NCBI GenBank assembly: GCA_046597055.1
Contig: JBKJLC010000273.1
Coordinates: 1 to 28,080, forward strand
DNA: 28,080 nt
From: Kofleriaceae bacterium
Lineage (GTDB): Bacteria > Myxococcota_A > Polyangia > Haliangiales > Haliangiaceae
Direction of reading: 5' to 3'
The notes beneath the pieces were generated by a model, which was not told the DNA's origin, searched no databases, and saw only the letters and a list, made by a program, of their open reading frames with translations. Position 1 is the stretch's first letter, and each line of letters begins with the position of its first letter. The translations under genes were made by a program, and so were the position numbers. Shown one piece after another: positions 10,634 through 22,886 of the stretch.

Positions 10634-11515
10634 ATGGCTTGCTCCCTCCCCCGTGCTCTCCTCGTGCTCGTCCTCGCGCTGCCCGGCGTGCTGGTGATCG
10701 CCGCGCCGATCCACGATGCCGTCGCCCAGGCCGATCCGCGCGTCGAGGCGCGCACGCGCTACAACGCCGGCAAGCAGAAGTACGACGCCGCCGACTATCG
10801 CGGGGCGGTCGCCGACTTCACCGCCGCCGATCAGCTGGCGCCGTCGGCGGTCAACGACTTCAACATCGCCCTGTCGTACGAGCGGCTCGACGAGCCGGCC
10901 CAGGCGGTGAAGTACTACCGGTCATATCTCAACCGGATGCCGAACGCGCCCAACCGCGCCGAGGTCGAGACCGCGGTGCAGCGGCTCGACGCCGCCGCCA
11001 AGGCCGCCGACGCCGCGGCCGCGGCCCGGACCGCCGAGGAAAAGGCGCGCGCTGACGAGGCCGCGCGGCTGGCCGAGGAGGCCCGGCAGGAAGCGCTGCG
11101 GCGCAACCCGCCTGCCGGTGGCGACCCCGGTACCGCCGCGGGCGTCGGCGGCTCGCCGCCGGGCTACCCGGCGACCGGCGATGCTGATCTCGACCGCGTC
11201 GCGGCGATCGACCTGGCGCCGATCCGGGGCGCCGGCGCGCTGCCGCCGCCCAGCGCCCAGGCTGGCGCTGCGCCCAGCGGCGACCCGGCCCCGGCCTCGG
11301 CCGACCCGGCCGTGCCGGTGACGCCCAAGGCCAAGCCGTTCTACAAGAGCCCAGTGTTCTGGGTGATCGCCGCGGTCGGCGTCTACGTCCTGGTGGTGCT
11401 GGCCTCCGATGACAGCTCGGGAGACCCGCAGAACGGCATCGGGCGGCGTTACTTGCCGCTACCCGACGGGCCCGGCGCCATGCGCGGCGGCGGCGCGACC
11501 GTCATGCGCTTCTGA
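10634..11515 (+). CDS. Exported tetratricopeptide-repeat protein with C-terminal hydrophobic anchor
   Basis: Signal peptide; TPR helices ([34 protein letters not shown]...AVKYYRSYL); [17 protein letters not shown] segment; ends GGGATVMRF. Confidence 0.85.
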   Translation: MACSLPRALLVLVLALPGVLVIAAPIHDAVAQADPRVEARTRYNAGKQKYDAADYRGAVADFTAADQLAPSAVNDFNIALSYERLDEPAQAVKYYRSYLNRMPNAPNRAEVETAVQRLDAAAKAADAAAAARTAEEKARADEAARLAEEARQEALRRNPPAGGDPGTAAGVGGSPPGYPATGDADLDRVAAIDLAPIRGAGALPPPSAQAGAAPSGDPAPASADPAVPVTPKAKPFYKSPVFWVIAAVGVYVLVVLASDDSSGDPQNGIGRRYLPLPDGPGAMRGGGATVMRF

Positions 11516-11600
11516 CCGCATTCCCCGATCTCCCCGGCGGGCCGGCGCGGCATGGCCGCGGGGGCTGGCTCCCGCGGCCCGATCTGCAAGACTGTGCAGG

Positions 11601-13286
11601 ATGGACGCGATCGCTATCGCCGCCAGTCTGCGGGAGATCTCGGTGTACATGCGCCTCGATGGCGACATGCACCGCTCGCGCGCGTACGAGCGCGCGGCGC
11701 GCACCCTCGACGGGGTCCATGACCTCGACGCGCGGGTGGCAGCCGGCGACCTGATCGGCCTGCCGGGGATCGGAGCGTCGATCGCGAGCGTGGTCACCGA
11801 GCTCCACGGCAAGGGCGAGGTCGGCGTGCTCGATCGGCTGCGGGTGCGCTGGCCGGCCCCGCTGGTCGAGCTGGCGCAGCTGCCCGACGTCGGGGTCAAG
11901 AAGGCACGGGCGCTGGTGGCGGCGCTGGCCCCGCGCGACCTCGACGAGCTGGCCGCGATGGCCGCGGCTGGCCGCGTCCGCGAGCTGCCCGGCTTCGGCA
12001 CGACCAGCGAGGCCAAGTTGCTGGCCGCGCTGCGCACGCGCCACCAGCGCGGCGAGCACATGACGCTGGTCGACGCGCGGCCGCTGGCCACGACCCTCGC
12101 CGAGTTCCTCGCCGGCGATCCGGCCGCGGAGGCGGTGCACGTGTGCGGCGGCGTGCGGCGCTGGCTGGAGATCATCGACCGACTGGCGATCGTCGTGGCG
12201 ACCCGCGCGCCCGGCGCGATCCGCGACCGGCTGAAGCGGCTGCCGCTGGTGGTCGAGGTGGCCGAGGCCGCCGACGGGGTCTTGCTCGCGCACCTCGCCG
12301 AGGGCGCGCTGTGCGAGCTGCACCTGGTCGCGCCCGAGCGGCTGGGCGCGGCGATGATCCTCGCGACCGGCTCGCCGGCGCACGTGGCCGGCGTGCGCGC
12401 GCGGGCGGCCGAGGCCGGGCGCGACCTCCCGGCGATCGCCGGCGACGAGGCGACCGTGTACGCGACCCTGGGCCTGCCGTGGCTGCCGCCCGAGATCCGC
12501 GACGGCGACGACGAGCTGGCGCGCGCGGCCGGCGGCGAGACCTTCGCCGATCTGATCACGGTCGCCGACGTGCGCGGCGCGGTGCACTGCCACACCACCT
12601 ACAGCGATGGCCGCCACTCGATCGAGCAGATGGCCGGCGCCGCCCACGAGCGCGGCCTCGGCTACCTCACGATCACCGATCACTCGGTGTCGGCGCACTA
12701 CGCCGGCGGGCTCGATGCCGGGGGCCTGCGCGCGCAGTGGGCCGAGCTGGCCGAGGTTCAGGCCCGGGTGCCGATCCGCCTGCTGCGCGGCACCGAGTCC
12801 GACATCCTGGTCGACGGTCAGCTCGACTACGACGCCGACCTGCTGGGCGAGCTCGACGTGGTGATCGCGAGCATCCACAACCGCCACCAGCTCGACGAAG
12901 ACGGCATGACCCGGCGGCTGGTCGCGGCGATGCGGCAGCCGGTGTTCAAGATCTGGGGCCACGCGCTGGGGCGGCTGGTGCTGCGCCGCGATCCGGTCGC
13001 GTGCCGGTTCGACGAGGTCCTCGACGCGATCGTCGACAGCCCCACCGCGATCGAGATCAACGGCGACCCGCACCGGCTCGATCTGGATCCGGTGCGCGCG
13101 CGCCAGGCCCACGCCCGCGGCGTGCGGTTCGTGCTGTCGAGCGACGCCCACTCGATGCGTGAGCTCGACAATCTCGAGTGGGCGGTGGCGATGGCGCGGC
13201 GCGCGCGGCTGCGGCCGGCCGACGTGCTCAACACGCTGCCGCCCGACGAGTTCGCGGCCGCGGTGCGGCCGCGGCGCGCTGGCTGA
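11601..13286 (+). CDS. polX: DNA polymerase X / PHP domain protein (non-canonical, degenerate polymerase site)
   Basis: RAY motif, HhH motifs LPGIG/LPDVG/LPGFG, TGS, LPWLPPEIR; PHP motifs HCHT..SDG, TDHS, GTESDI, ASIH, GH, EING, SDAH. Confidence 0.92.
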   Translation: MDAIAIAASLREISVYMRLDGDMHRSRAYERAARTLDGVHDLDARVAAGDLIGLPGIGASIASVVTELHGKGEVGVLDRLRVRWPAPLVELAQLPDVGVKKARALVAALAPRDLDELAAMAAAGRVRELPGFGTTSEAKLLAALRTRHQRGEHMTLVDARPLATTLAEFLAGDPAAEAVHVCGGVRRWLEIIDRLAIVVATRAPGAIRDRLKRLPLVVEVAEAADGVLLAHLAEGALCELHLVAPERLGAAMILATGSPAHVAGVRARAAEAGRDLPAIAGDEATVYATLGLPWLPPEIRDGDDELARAAGGETFADLITVADVRGAVHCHTTYSDGRHSIEQMAGAAHERGLGYLTITDHSVSAHYAGGLDAGGLRAQWAELAEVQARVPIRLLRGTESDILVDGQLDYDADLLGELDVVIASIHNRHQLDEDGMTRRLVAAMRQPVFKIWGHALGRLVLRRDPVACRFDEVLDAIVDSPTAIEINGDPHRLDLDPVRARQAHARGVRFVLSSDAHSMRELDNLEWAVAMARRARLRPADVLNTLPPDEFAAAVRPRRAG

Positions 13287-13442
13287 TCAGCGCGCGCAGG
13301 CCGAGCGTGCTGGTGACCGCCGCGCCCTCGGCGTCGTCGTCGAAGTCGACGTTGGCACCGCCCAATGACCAAGGCCGCGGGTGGTGCGCGGCGGCGCACC
13401 GCGCGCGCGAGCCGGCGTGGCCTCATGGTACAACGCCGGCCG

Positions 13443-14840
13443 ATGCGCCTCCTGTGCCTCGTCGTCATCGTCCTGGCCAGTGCGTGCGTCGACAAGGCGC
13501 CCCCGGCGCCCGCCATCGACCCCGCGCTGGTCGCCGAGAATCTGCTGACCGTGGTGCCCGCCGACCTGCAGCAACCGGTGGGCGCGGTGTTCGACGGCAA
13601 GATCACCTATCTCGGCAACACGATCGAGAAGACCGCGATCGCGCCTGGCGAGAAGGTCGTCATCACGCACTACTGGCAGGTCAACCAGCCGCCCGGGAAG
13701 GACTGGAAGATCTTCAGCCACCTCGTCGGTGATCAGGGCGACTTTGCCAACGTCGACCTCACCGACATGCGCAAGGGCCACACCTCGGATCGCTGGCAGG
13801 CCGGTCAGGTGATCCGGGACTCGCAGACGTTCATCCTGCGCAAGGACTGGCGCTCGCCGAAGGCGACGCTCGCGGTCGGCATCTACAAGAAGGGCGGTCA
13901 CAAGGTCAGCGATCGCATGAAGCTGACGACCGGTCAGGGCAAGGATCACGCGGTGACGGTCGCGACCTTCGAGGTCGATGTCTCGCAGGCCGCGCCGCTG
14001 CCGGGCCAGATCGTGGTCAAGAAGGCGACCGGGCCGATCGTGGTCGACGGCAAGGCCGACGAGGCCGCGTGGCGCGACGCGGCCGCGACCGCCGGGTTCC
14101 AGACCGCCGAGGGTGGACCCGAGCCCAAGGGCCCGACCTCGGGCAAGCTGACCTGGGACGATCAGCACCTGTACCTGTTCGTGTCGGCCGAGGACGACCA
14201 CGTCGCCAGCGACTTCACCAAGGACGACGAGCCGATCTGGAAGGCGGACGTGATCGAGGTGTTCATCGACGCCGACGGCAACGGCTCGGGCTACGTCGAG
14301 CTGCAGGTCAGCCCGAAGAACGTCCACTTCGACGCCTGGTTCCCGACCGTGCGGCCGCAGACCGACGTCGCGTGGAATTCGGGGATGGTGACCGCGGTCA
14401 CCGTGCGCGGCTCGATCAACGCCGGCAACGATGACGATCAGGGCTGGGACGCCGAGTTTGCGATCCCGTGGGCCGCGGTGAAGGGCGCCAATCCTGCGAT
14501 GGCGGTGACGTTGCCGCCGGTGCCGGGCGCCAGGTGGCGGATGAACGTGGTGCGCGCCGACTACGGCAAGGACGGCAAGCCGACCACGTCGTCGTGGAAC
14601 CGGATCCGCATGAGCGAGTGGCACTCGCTCGATCGCATGCTCACGGTGACGTTCGCGGACGCGGCCGGTGGGATCAAGCCGGCGCCGGCGGTGCCCGCGG
14701 TGCTGGAGGTGCCGGCTGCGCCGACCGGCGCGGGGACCGGGACCGGCGCGGGGACCGGGACGGGCGCGGGCGTGGGCACGGCGGTGTCGGCCGACCCGGC
14801 GACGCGTCCGGTCCGACCCCCGGCGGCCACCCCGAAGTGA
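13443..14840 (+). CDS. Lipoprotein with CBM9-like (DOMON-type) carbohydrate-binding domain
   Basis: Lipobox VLASA-C; IVVDGKADEAAW, LTWDDQHLY, DVIEVFID, YVELQVSP, WDAEFAIPW, WRMNVVR; N-terminal Ig-like HYW...WQAGQVIRD domain. Confidence 0.85.
   Translation: MRLLCLVVIVLASACVDKAPPAPAIDPALVAENLLTVVPADLQQPVGAVFDGKITYLGNTIEKTAIAPGEKVVITHYWQVNQPPGKDWKIFSHLVGDQGDFANVDLTDMRKGHTSDRWQAGQVIRDSQTFILRKDWRSPKATLAVGIYKKGGHKVSDRMKLTTGQGKDHAVTVATFEVDVSQAAPLPGQIVVKKATGPIVVDGKADEAAWRDAAATAGFQTAEGGPEPKGPTSGKLTWDDQHLYLFVSAEDDHVASDFTKDDEPIWKADVIEVFIDADGNGSGYVELQVSPKNVHFDAWFPTVRPQTDVAWNSGMVTAVTVRGSINAGNDDDQGWDAEFAIPWAAVKGANPAMAVTLPPVPGARWRMNVVRADYGKDGKPTTSSWNRIRMSEWHSLDRMLTVTFADAAGGIKPAPAVPAVLEVPAAPTGAGTGTGAGTGTGAGVGTAVSADPATRPVRPPAATPK
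14723..14770 (+). repeat. 18-bp coding tandem repeat (TGAGTG linker)
   Basis: gaccggcgcggggaccgg twice plus a partial third copy. Confidence 0.75.
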
Positions 14841-14860
14841 CTCTGCTACGATCGAACGTG

Positions 14861-16522
<1,662 letters not shown>

Positions 16523-16537
16523 CACGCGCCGCGGGGC

Positions 16538-18835
16538 CTACGACGCGCGCAGGGCGGCGATCTCGATCGCGTCGGCCCACGCGTACAGCTCCTCGCCGGT
16601 GGTGCGCGGCATCGCGACCAGGGCGACGGCCGCTGTCGGCGCCGCGCCGGGCGCGAGGTATCCGACCAGGGCGGCCGGCTCGCCCGCGACGCCGCAGCCC
16701 AGGGCGACCAGCCCGATCACGGCCGCGACGTCGTCGGCCGGGGTCGCCGGCACCGGCGGCGGCAGGCCCGACGCCATCAGGGTCGGGATCCAGCCGTCGT
16801 CGACGACCACGGCGCCGGGGCCGACCGCGCCGTGGGCGAGGCCGAGCTCGTGGACCGCGGCGATCGCGCGGGCCAGGCGCTTGAGCAGGCGGATCGCGTC
16901 GGCGGTCGTCACCGGCCCGCGGTCGGCGCCCAGCGGCGACCCCGAGGGCGCCTCGAACACCGCGACCCGCGCCGCGCGATCGAACGACAGGGCCCGCTGG
17001 ATGAACGGGCTGTTGGCCCGGGCCAGCTGGGTCACCCGCGCGATCGCGGCGTCGGCCTCGGGGCCCTCGCCGAAGCGCTCGATCACGACCGAGCGATCGA
17101 GCACGCTGTCGACCGCGCGGAACAGGCGCGAGCGGCCGGTCTGGCCGATCGCGGTCTCGAACCGGTAGCGGGCTTGGGCCTCGAACGGCGCCGAGTCCTC
17201 GGCCGCGAGCTCGGCGATCGAGTGCGGGCGGCTGTCGCGGCGGGCACGTGGCAGGGTCACCGTCGAGCCCGACCGGTCGCCGAGGTCGAGCTCCTCGAGC
17301 TCGCGGCGCAGGTCGGCGATCGACGCGTGGCGCTCGCTCGGGCTCTTGCGCAGCAGCCGCTCGAGCAGCCGGTCCCAGGCCGGCGCGACCGGCGCGACCT
17401 CCGACGGCACCGGCGCAAGCTCGCCGAGGTGCTGGGCGACGAAGTCGGGGCCCAGGAACGGCAGCCGCGCGGTCAGCGCCTCGAACACGGTGACGCCGAG
17501 CGCGTAGAGATCCGCGGCGATCGTGATCGGCGCGCCGGTGATCTGCTCGGGCGCCATGTACGCCAGCGAGCCGATCAGGCCGCCGGTCTGGGTCTGGCCG
17601 AGGTCGACCAGGTGGGCGACGCCGAAGTCGCCGAGCTTGGCGGCGCCGCGGCCGTCGAAGAAGACGTTGGCCGGCTTCACGTCGCGGTGGACGACGCCGC
17701 GGTGGTGGGCGAGCTCGAGCCCGCCGAGCAGCTCGAGCGTCATGCGCCGCACCTGGGCGCCGCCCGGGCGGTCGCCGGCGGTGAGCCGCTGCGCCAGCGA
17801 GCCGCCGGCCAGGTACTCCATCACCAGGAAGCCGTGGTCGAGCGAGACGTCGTAGACCTCGACCAGCGCCGGGTGGCGCAGGGCCTGGGCCAGCCGGGTC
17901 TCGCGCACGAACCGCTCGTGGGCGGCGCCGCCGCGCGCGCCGGCGGCGAAGAACATCTTGAGGGCGACGGTGCGGCCGCTGACCTCGTCGATCGCGCGGA
18001 ACACCCGGCCGGCGCCGCCGGCGCCGAGCAGCGACTCGAGGCGATAGCGGCCGGCGATCACCTCGCGGTCGAGTCGCACCGCCGGGGTCGCGGCGCGGGC
18101 GGCGCGCAGCACCTCGCCCAGCTCGGCGGGCACGGTCGGGTCGGCCCGGCGCAGCTCGAGCAACGCGGCGCGGGCGCCATCGGTGAGGCCGAGCGCGGCC
18201 AGCGCGACCACCAGGTGGCGGCGAGCCTCGGTCGCGGTCTCCGGCGTGCGCAGCGCCTCTTGCAGGTGGCGGACGGCGTCCTCGTGGCTGCCGCGTCGGG
18301 TCAGGATCCGGCCCAGCCGCAGGTGCGCGACCGCGCGCTCGTCGGCGACCGCCAGGTCGAGGGCGCGCTCGAGGACCCGGGCCGCCTCGCGGTCACGGCC
18401 GGCGGTCTCGAGCACCCGGGCGGCGTCGAGGTCGCGGTGCGCACGCTGGTAATGATCGACCGCGCGGTCGACCTCGCCGAGGCGCTCGGCGAGCTCGGCC
18501 GCCGGACCGTGGCGCCGCTGGCGGCCGAAGATCTCGAGGGCGACCCGGGCGCCCTCGTCCGTGGTGCCGAGCAGGGTGGTCAGCTCGGTGATGAGCGGCT
18601 CCGCGCGCGCCTCGACCGCGGCCCGCAGCGCGCGGCCGAGCTCGCCGGCGGCCCGCCAGGCGGCGGCGGCGGCCCCGAAGTCCCAGATCCGCTCCCACAG
18701 GACGGCGGCGCGGGCGTGGTCACCCTGCACGGTCGCGGCGCGGGCGGCGTCGGCGTGCCGGCCGGCCGCGGCCAGGCCCTCGACGTCGCCGGGGTCGGGA
18801 GCGGCGGCGCCGTCGCCATCGTTGATCGACACCAC
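16538..18835 (-). CDS. Cytoplasmic TPR + Ser/Thr kinase + degenerate kinase-like domain protein
   Basis: N-terminal helical repeats; GAGGAGRV, VALK, HRDVKPAN, DFG, GSLAYMAPE; second RYRF...VHELGLAHG kinase-like segment. Start re-called at GTG 18835. Confidence 0.87.
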   Translation of the reverse strand: MVSINDGDGAAAPDPGDVEGLAAAGRHADAARAATVQGDHARAAVLWERIWDFGAAAAAWRAAGELGRALRAAVEARAEPLITELTTLLGTTDEGARVALEIFGRQRRHGPAAELAERLGEVDRAVDHYQRAHRDLDAARVLETAGRDREAARVLERALDLAVADERAVAHLRLGRILTRRGSHEDAVRHLQEALRTPETATEARRHLVVALAALGLTDGARAALLELRRADPTVPAELGEVLRAARAATPAVRLDREVIAGRYRLESLLGAGGAGRVFRAIDEVSGRTVALKMFFAAGARGGAAHERFVRETRLAQALRHPALVEVYDVSLDHGFLVMEYLAGGSLAQRLTAGDRPGGAQVRRMTLELLGGLELAHHRGVVHRDVKPANVFFDGRGAAKLGDFGVAHLVDLGQTQTGGLIGSLAYMAPEQITGAPITIAADLYALGVTVFEALTARLPFLGPDFVAQHLGELAPVPSEVAPVAPAWDRLLERLLRKSPSERHASIADLRRELEELDLGDRSGSTVTLPRARRDSRPHSIAELAAEDSAPFEAQARYRFETAIGQTGRSRLFRAVDSVLDRSVVIERFGEGPEADAAIARVTQLARANSPFIQRALSFDRAARVAVFEAPSGSPLGADRGPVTTADAIRLLKRLARAIAAVHELGLAHGAVGPGAVVVDDGWIPTLMASGLPPPVPATPADDVAAVIGLVALGCGVAGEPAALVGYLAPGAAPTAAVALVAMPRTTGEELYAWADAIEIAALRAS

Positions 18836-18857
18836 GGGCAATGGTACACGCCCGAAC

Positions 18858-19796
<939 letters not shown>

Positions 19797-19825
19797 TCGC
19801 CTGTCCCGGAGCGTTGCCAGATCGC

Positions 19826-19857
19826 GAGGCTGCGAGTCGATGACTCGTGGCCTCTTT
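19826..19857 (+). terminator. Probable intrinsic terminator after the PfkB gene
   Basis: 13-bp stem gaggctgcgagtc/gactcgtggcctc (two G-U pairs), loop gat, followed by tttggcttt. Confidence 0.55.
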
Positions 19858-20172
19858 GGCTTTCGGGTTCAGTCAGTCACGTCCAAGTTGCGCAATCGGT
19901 AACGGCCACTGCAGTCCTTACGTGAGCGAGTGCCGTTCGCGCTCTCTGCCTCAGGTAAGTGTTGGCAGCAGCCCCAGAATTATGGTTATAGAGCGCGCGT
20001 GCCGCACACTCGATCTGGCAGGGTGCACGGCGGTGTAGTGGCGTGTGGTGATCGACGCGTCTCGTCCGGCCTGGCCGGCGAGCACGGCCACACAGCTCGC
20101 TACGGTCAATCAGGCACGTAACTCGGCGGGCTTCGCCGAGCTCCCTCCGCACCATCTCACCTCAGGATCCCC

Positions 20173-22827
20173 ATGCAGAAGAGACTGTCACTCACCATGG
20201 CCGCCGCCGGCTTCGCCGCCGCCTGCGGCGCCGAGCCCACCCCGCCGACCAGCCCGAACGCGACCGGCCCGGTCGGCGCGATCATGCTCTCGGCCGAGAT
20301 CGACGCCCCCGGCGTCACCCGGGTCGCCTATACGGTGACCGCGCCCGACCTGGCCGCCCCGATGGTCGGCGAGATCGGCGTCGCCGACGGCGTGGCCGTC
20401 GCGCAGCTGTCCGTCCCGGCCGGTGAGCACCGCAGCCTCGAGGTCTCGTACCGCAACGCCGACGGCACCGTGTGCCAGGCCAAGGCCGGCGACCTCGTGG
20501 TCGACACCGGTCGCACCGCGCAGCTCATCCTGATCCCCTCGTGTGGCGACGCGCAGGGCGACACCCGCGCGGCCAACAAGCCGCCGAAGATCGAGGCCAT
20601 CTTCTCGACCCGCCGCTCGGTCGCGGTCGGTGACCCGGTCGCGGTCACGGTATTCGCCACCGATCACAACAACGACCCGCTCAGCTACCGCTGGACGGAG
20701 AACATCGCGGGCTTCGGCTTCGACAACAGCCGTCGCCAGCTCGCCTTGTGGAAGGCCGGCCCCGGCGCGGTCGCCCAGAACCGCCTGACCATCACCGTCA
20801 ACGACGGTCGTGGCGGCTCGGTCTCGCGCTCGATGGTCATGGACTTCGACGGCGTCGCGCGCGGCCCCGGCACCTGCGCCACCCCGACCCCGATCAAGCT
20901 CGGCGAGCGCGTCCGCGGCTTCACGGTCGGTGGCACCTCGGCGCACAGCTCCGAGGGTTGCTCGGTGGCGGCCGGCACGCCCGAGCACGTGTTCCGCCTC
21001 GACCTCGCGACCACGCAGGACATCTCGGCCAGCACCGCTGGCTCGGCGTTCTTCGCGCGCGTCTACATCCGCCGCGCCGACTGCGCCGCGGGCGCCGACC
21101 TCGCGTGCGACCAGTTCTCGCAGCGCGCCGACATCAGGGCCGCCGAGCCGGGCACCTACTTCATCATCGTCGACGGCGACTCGCCGTTCGCCCAGGGCGA
21201 GTTCCAGCTGAGCGTGTTCTCGGGCACCCAGCCCGAGGAGTGCCGCAACTTCGCCGACGACGACGGCGACGGCGCGTTCGACTGCGCGGACTCCGATTGC
21301 GCGGGCAACGCGGGCTGCCTCGAGTGCGCCTTCACGTGCGACCCGAACCCGAGCGACTGCCTCGGTGGCGAGTGCGACCGCTTCAGCGGCCGCTGCAACA
21401 CCTTCTTCCGCTTCGGCCAGGAGTGCGACACCGACAGCAACCCGGCGACCGCCGAGGTCTGTGGCGGCGAGGGCCGCTGCGTCCCGAACACCGCCGTGTG
21501 CGGCAACGGCATCGTCGAGAACAACGAGCAGTGCGACGACGGCAACGTCATCGACGGCGACAGCTGCACCTCGGCCTGTCTGGTCAACGCGGTGTGCGGC
21601 AACGGTCTCATCGAGCTCGGCGAGGACTGCGACGACGGCAACCTGCTCGCCGGCGACGGCTGCGGCCCGAACTGCCGCATCGAGCAGTGCGGCCAGATCA
21701 GCTGCGAGGACTTCAACCCGTGCACGACCAACGTCTGCACCGACCCGAACACCAGCACCTGCACCTCGACCAACGTCGCGGACGGCACCGTGTGCGAGCT
21801 CGACGGCTCGCCCGAGACCGCCGAGAGCTGCCAGGCCGGCGCGTGCCAGCCCCCGGCGCCCGACACCGCGCTCATCATCCTCGATCCGGCCGTGCTCGCC
21901 GACCCGGCGTTCTCGCTGCTCGCGATGCACAACCGCCTCTCGCCCAACGGCGATGGCGCCGCGCAGTTCGCGGAGTGGGCCACCACCCTGACCGCGCCGA
22001 TGACCACCAACGGTCGCACCGTCGAGGGCCGCCCCGGCTTCACCGCCTACTTCCAGGGCATCCCCCGGGACAGCGCGGGCCGCATCGACGTCGACGCGGC
22101 CGGCTTCCTGCCGTCGGCGCTCGTCAACCGGTTCGACCTCCGTCAGCCCGGCAACTGTGGTGAGAACCGCCTGGTCTTCACCAAGACCACCGGCGCGACC
22201 GACGGTTCGGATCGCGGCACCCTCATCTTCGAGTTCAACGTCCCCGACGACGGCTCGAACTGCGCGCACGCGCTCGCCCCGTGGCTCGCGCTCCGCAACC
22301 TGCAGGGCGACGCCCTGCGTGCCGCCGCGGTCGGGATCCTCGAGGACTTCGCGGTCCCGCAGAACCTGAACCAGTTCCGCACCAACGAGTTCGTCAACTC
22401 GCCGGTGTGGGAGCTCCGCGAGTTCCACCTGGTCGACGGGCAGCTCCAGCCGTTCCCGGTCCTGGACAGCGTCCCGCCCGAGCTGGCGCAGGACCCGACC
22501 TTCCGTCAGTTCGTGGTGCAGAACTCGTTCATGCTCAACCACGGCGCGCGCGAGATCGGCATGATCCCGACCGTGTTCCTGGCCGGCTCGAGCCAGGCCA
22601 ATGGCTCGATCGTGAACATCGGCAACATCGTCCCGTCGCTGCCGGGCCTCCAGGCGAACCTGAACATCCTGTCGTGCTCGGGTTGCCACCTGACCGAGAC
22701 CGGGACTGCGTTCGTCCACATCGTCGAGCGCCAGGCGAACCGCCCGAGCGCGCTGTCGAACTTCATGCGCAGCGAGCTCGAGTTCCGCTTCGGCGACCTC
22801 GAGCGGTTCATCGCCGCCCAGCCGTGA
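20173..22827 (+). CDS. Large modular lipoprotein: Ig-like + PPC-like + myxobacterial Cys-rich repeats + C-terminal CxxCH domain
   Basis: Lipobox FAAA-C; NNDPLSYRW...TVNDGRGG Ig-like; PGTYFIIVDG PPC-like; DDDGDGAFDCADSDC; two CGNG...CDDGN...GDxC (DUF4215-type) repeats; CSGCH at 22675-22689. Confidence 0.88.
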   Translation: MQKRLSLTMAAAGFAAACGAEPTPPTSPNATGPVGAIMLSAEIDAPGVTRVAYTVTAPDLAAPMVGEIGVADGVAVAQLSVPAGEHRSLEVSYRNADGTVCQAKAGDLVVDTGRTAQLILIPSCGDAQGDTRAANKPPKIEAIFSTRRSVAVGDPVAVTVFATDHNNDPLSYRWTENIAGFGFDNSRRQLALWKAGPGAVAQNRLTITVNDGRGGSVSRSMVMDFDGVARGPGTCATPTPIKLGERVRGFTVGGTSAHSSEGCSVAAGTPEHVFRLDLATTQDISASTAGSAFFARVYIRRADCAAGADLACDQFSQRADIRAAEPGTYFIIVDGDSPFAQGEFQLSVFSGTQPEECRNFADDDGDGAFDCADSDCAGNAGCLECAFTCDPNPSDCLGGECDRFSGRCNTFFRFGQECDTDSNPATAEVCGGEGRCVPNTAVCGNGIVENNEQCDDGNVIDGDSCTSACLVNAVCGNGLIELGEDCDDGNLLAGDGCGPNCRIEQCGQISCEDFNPCTTNVCTDPNTSTCTSTNVADGTVCELDGSPETAESCQAGACQPPAPDTALIILDPAVLADPAFSLLAMHNRLSPNGDGAAQFAEWATTLTAPMTTNGRTVEGRPGFTAYFQGIPRDSAGRIDVDAAGFLPSALVNRFDLRQPGNCGENRLVFTKTTGATDGSDRGTLIFEFNVPDDGSNCAHALAPWLALRNLQGDALRAAAVGILEDFAVPQNLNQFRTNEFVNSPVWELREFHLVDGQLQPFPVLDSVPPELAQDPTFRQFVVQNSFMLNHGAREIGMIPTVFLAGSSQANGSIVNIGNIVPSLPGLQANLNILSCSGCHLTETGTAFVHIVERQANRPSALSNFMRSELEFRFGDLERFIAAQP

Positions 22828-22886
22828 GGTGGTAACGGCAGCGCGCTCGCGCTGTCGGTAGGCGACCGCAAAATCGGGTCGCAGCG

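Noticed and set aside
11554..11579. GC hairpin ggccgcggg/cccgcggcc before polX
   Set aside because: No U-tract, and all-GC stems are frequent by chance, so it was not called a terminator.
19940..19960. ctctgcctcagg resembling a glycine riboswitch end
   Set aside because: Lacks the GGAGA and GAAGG core elements, and the downstream gene is unrelated.
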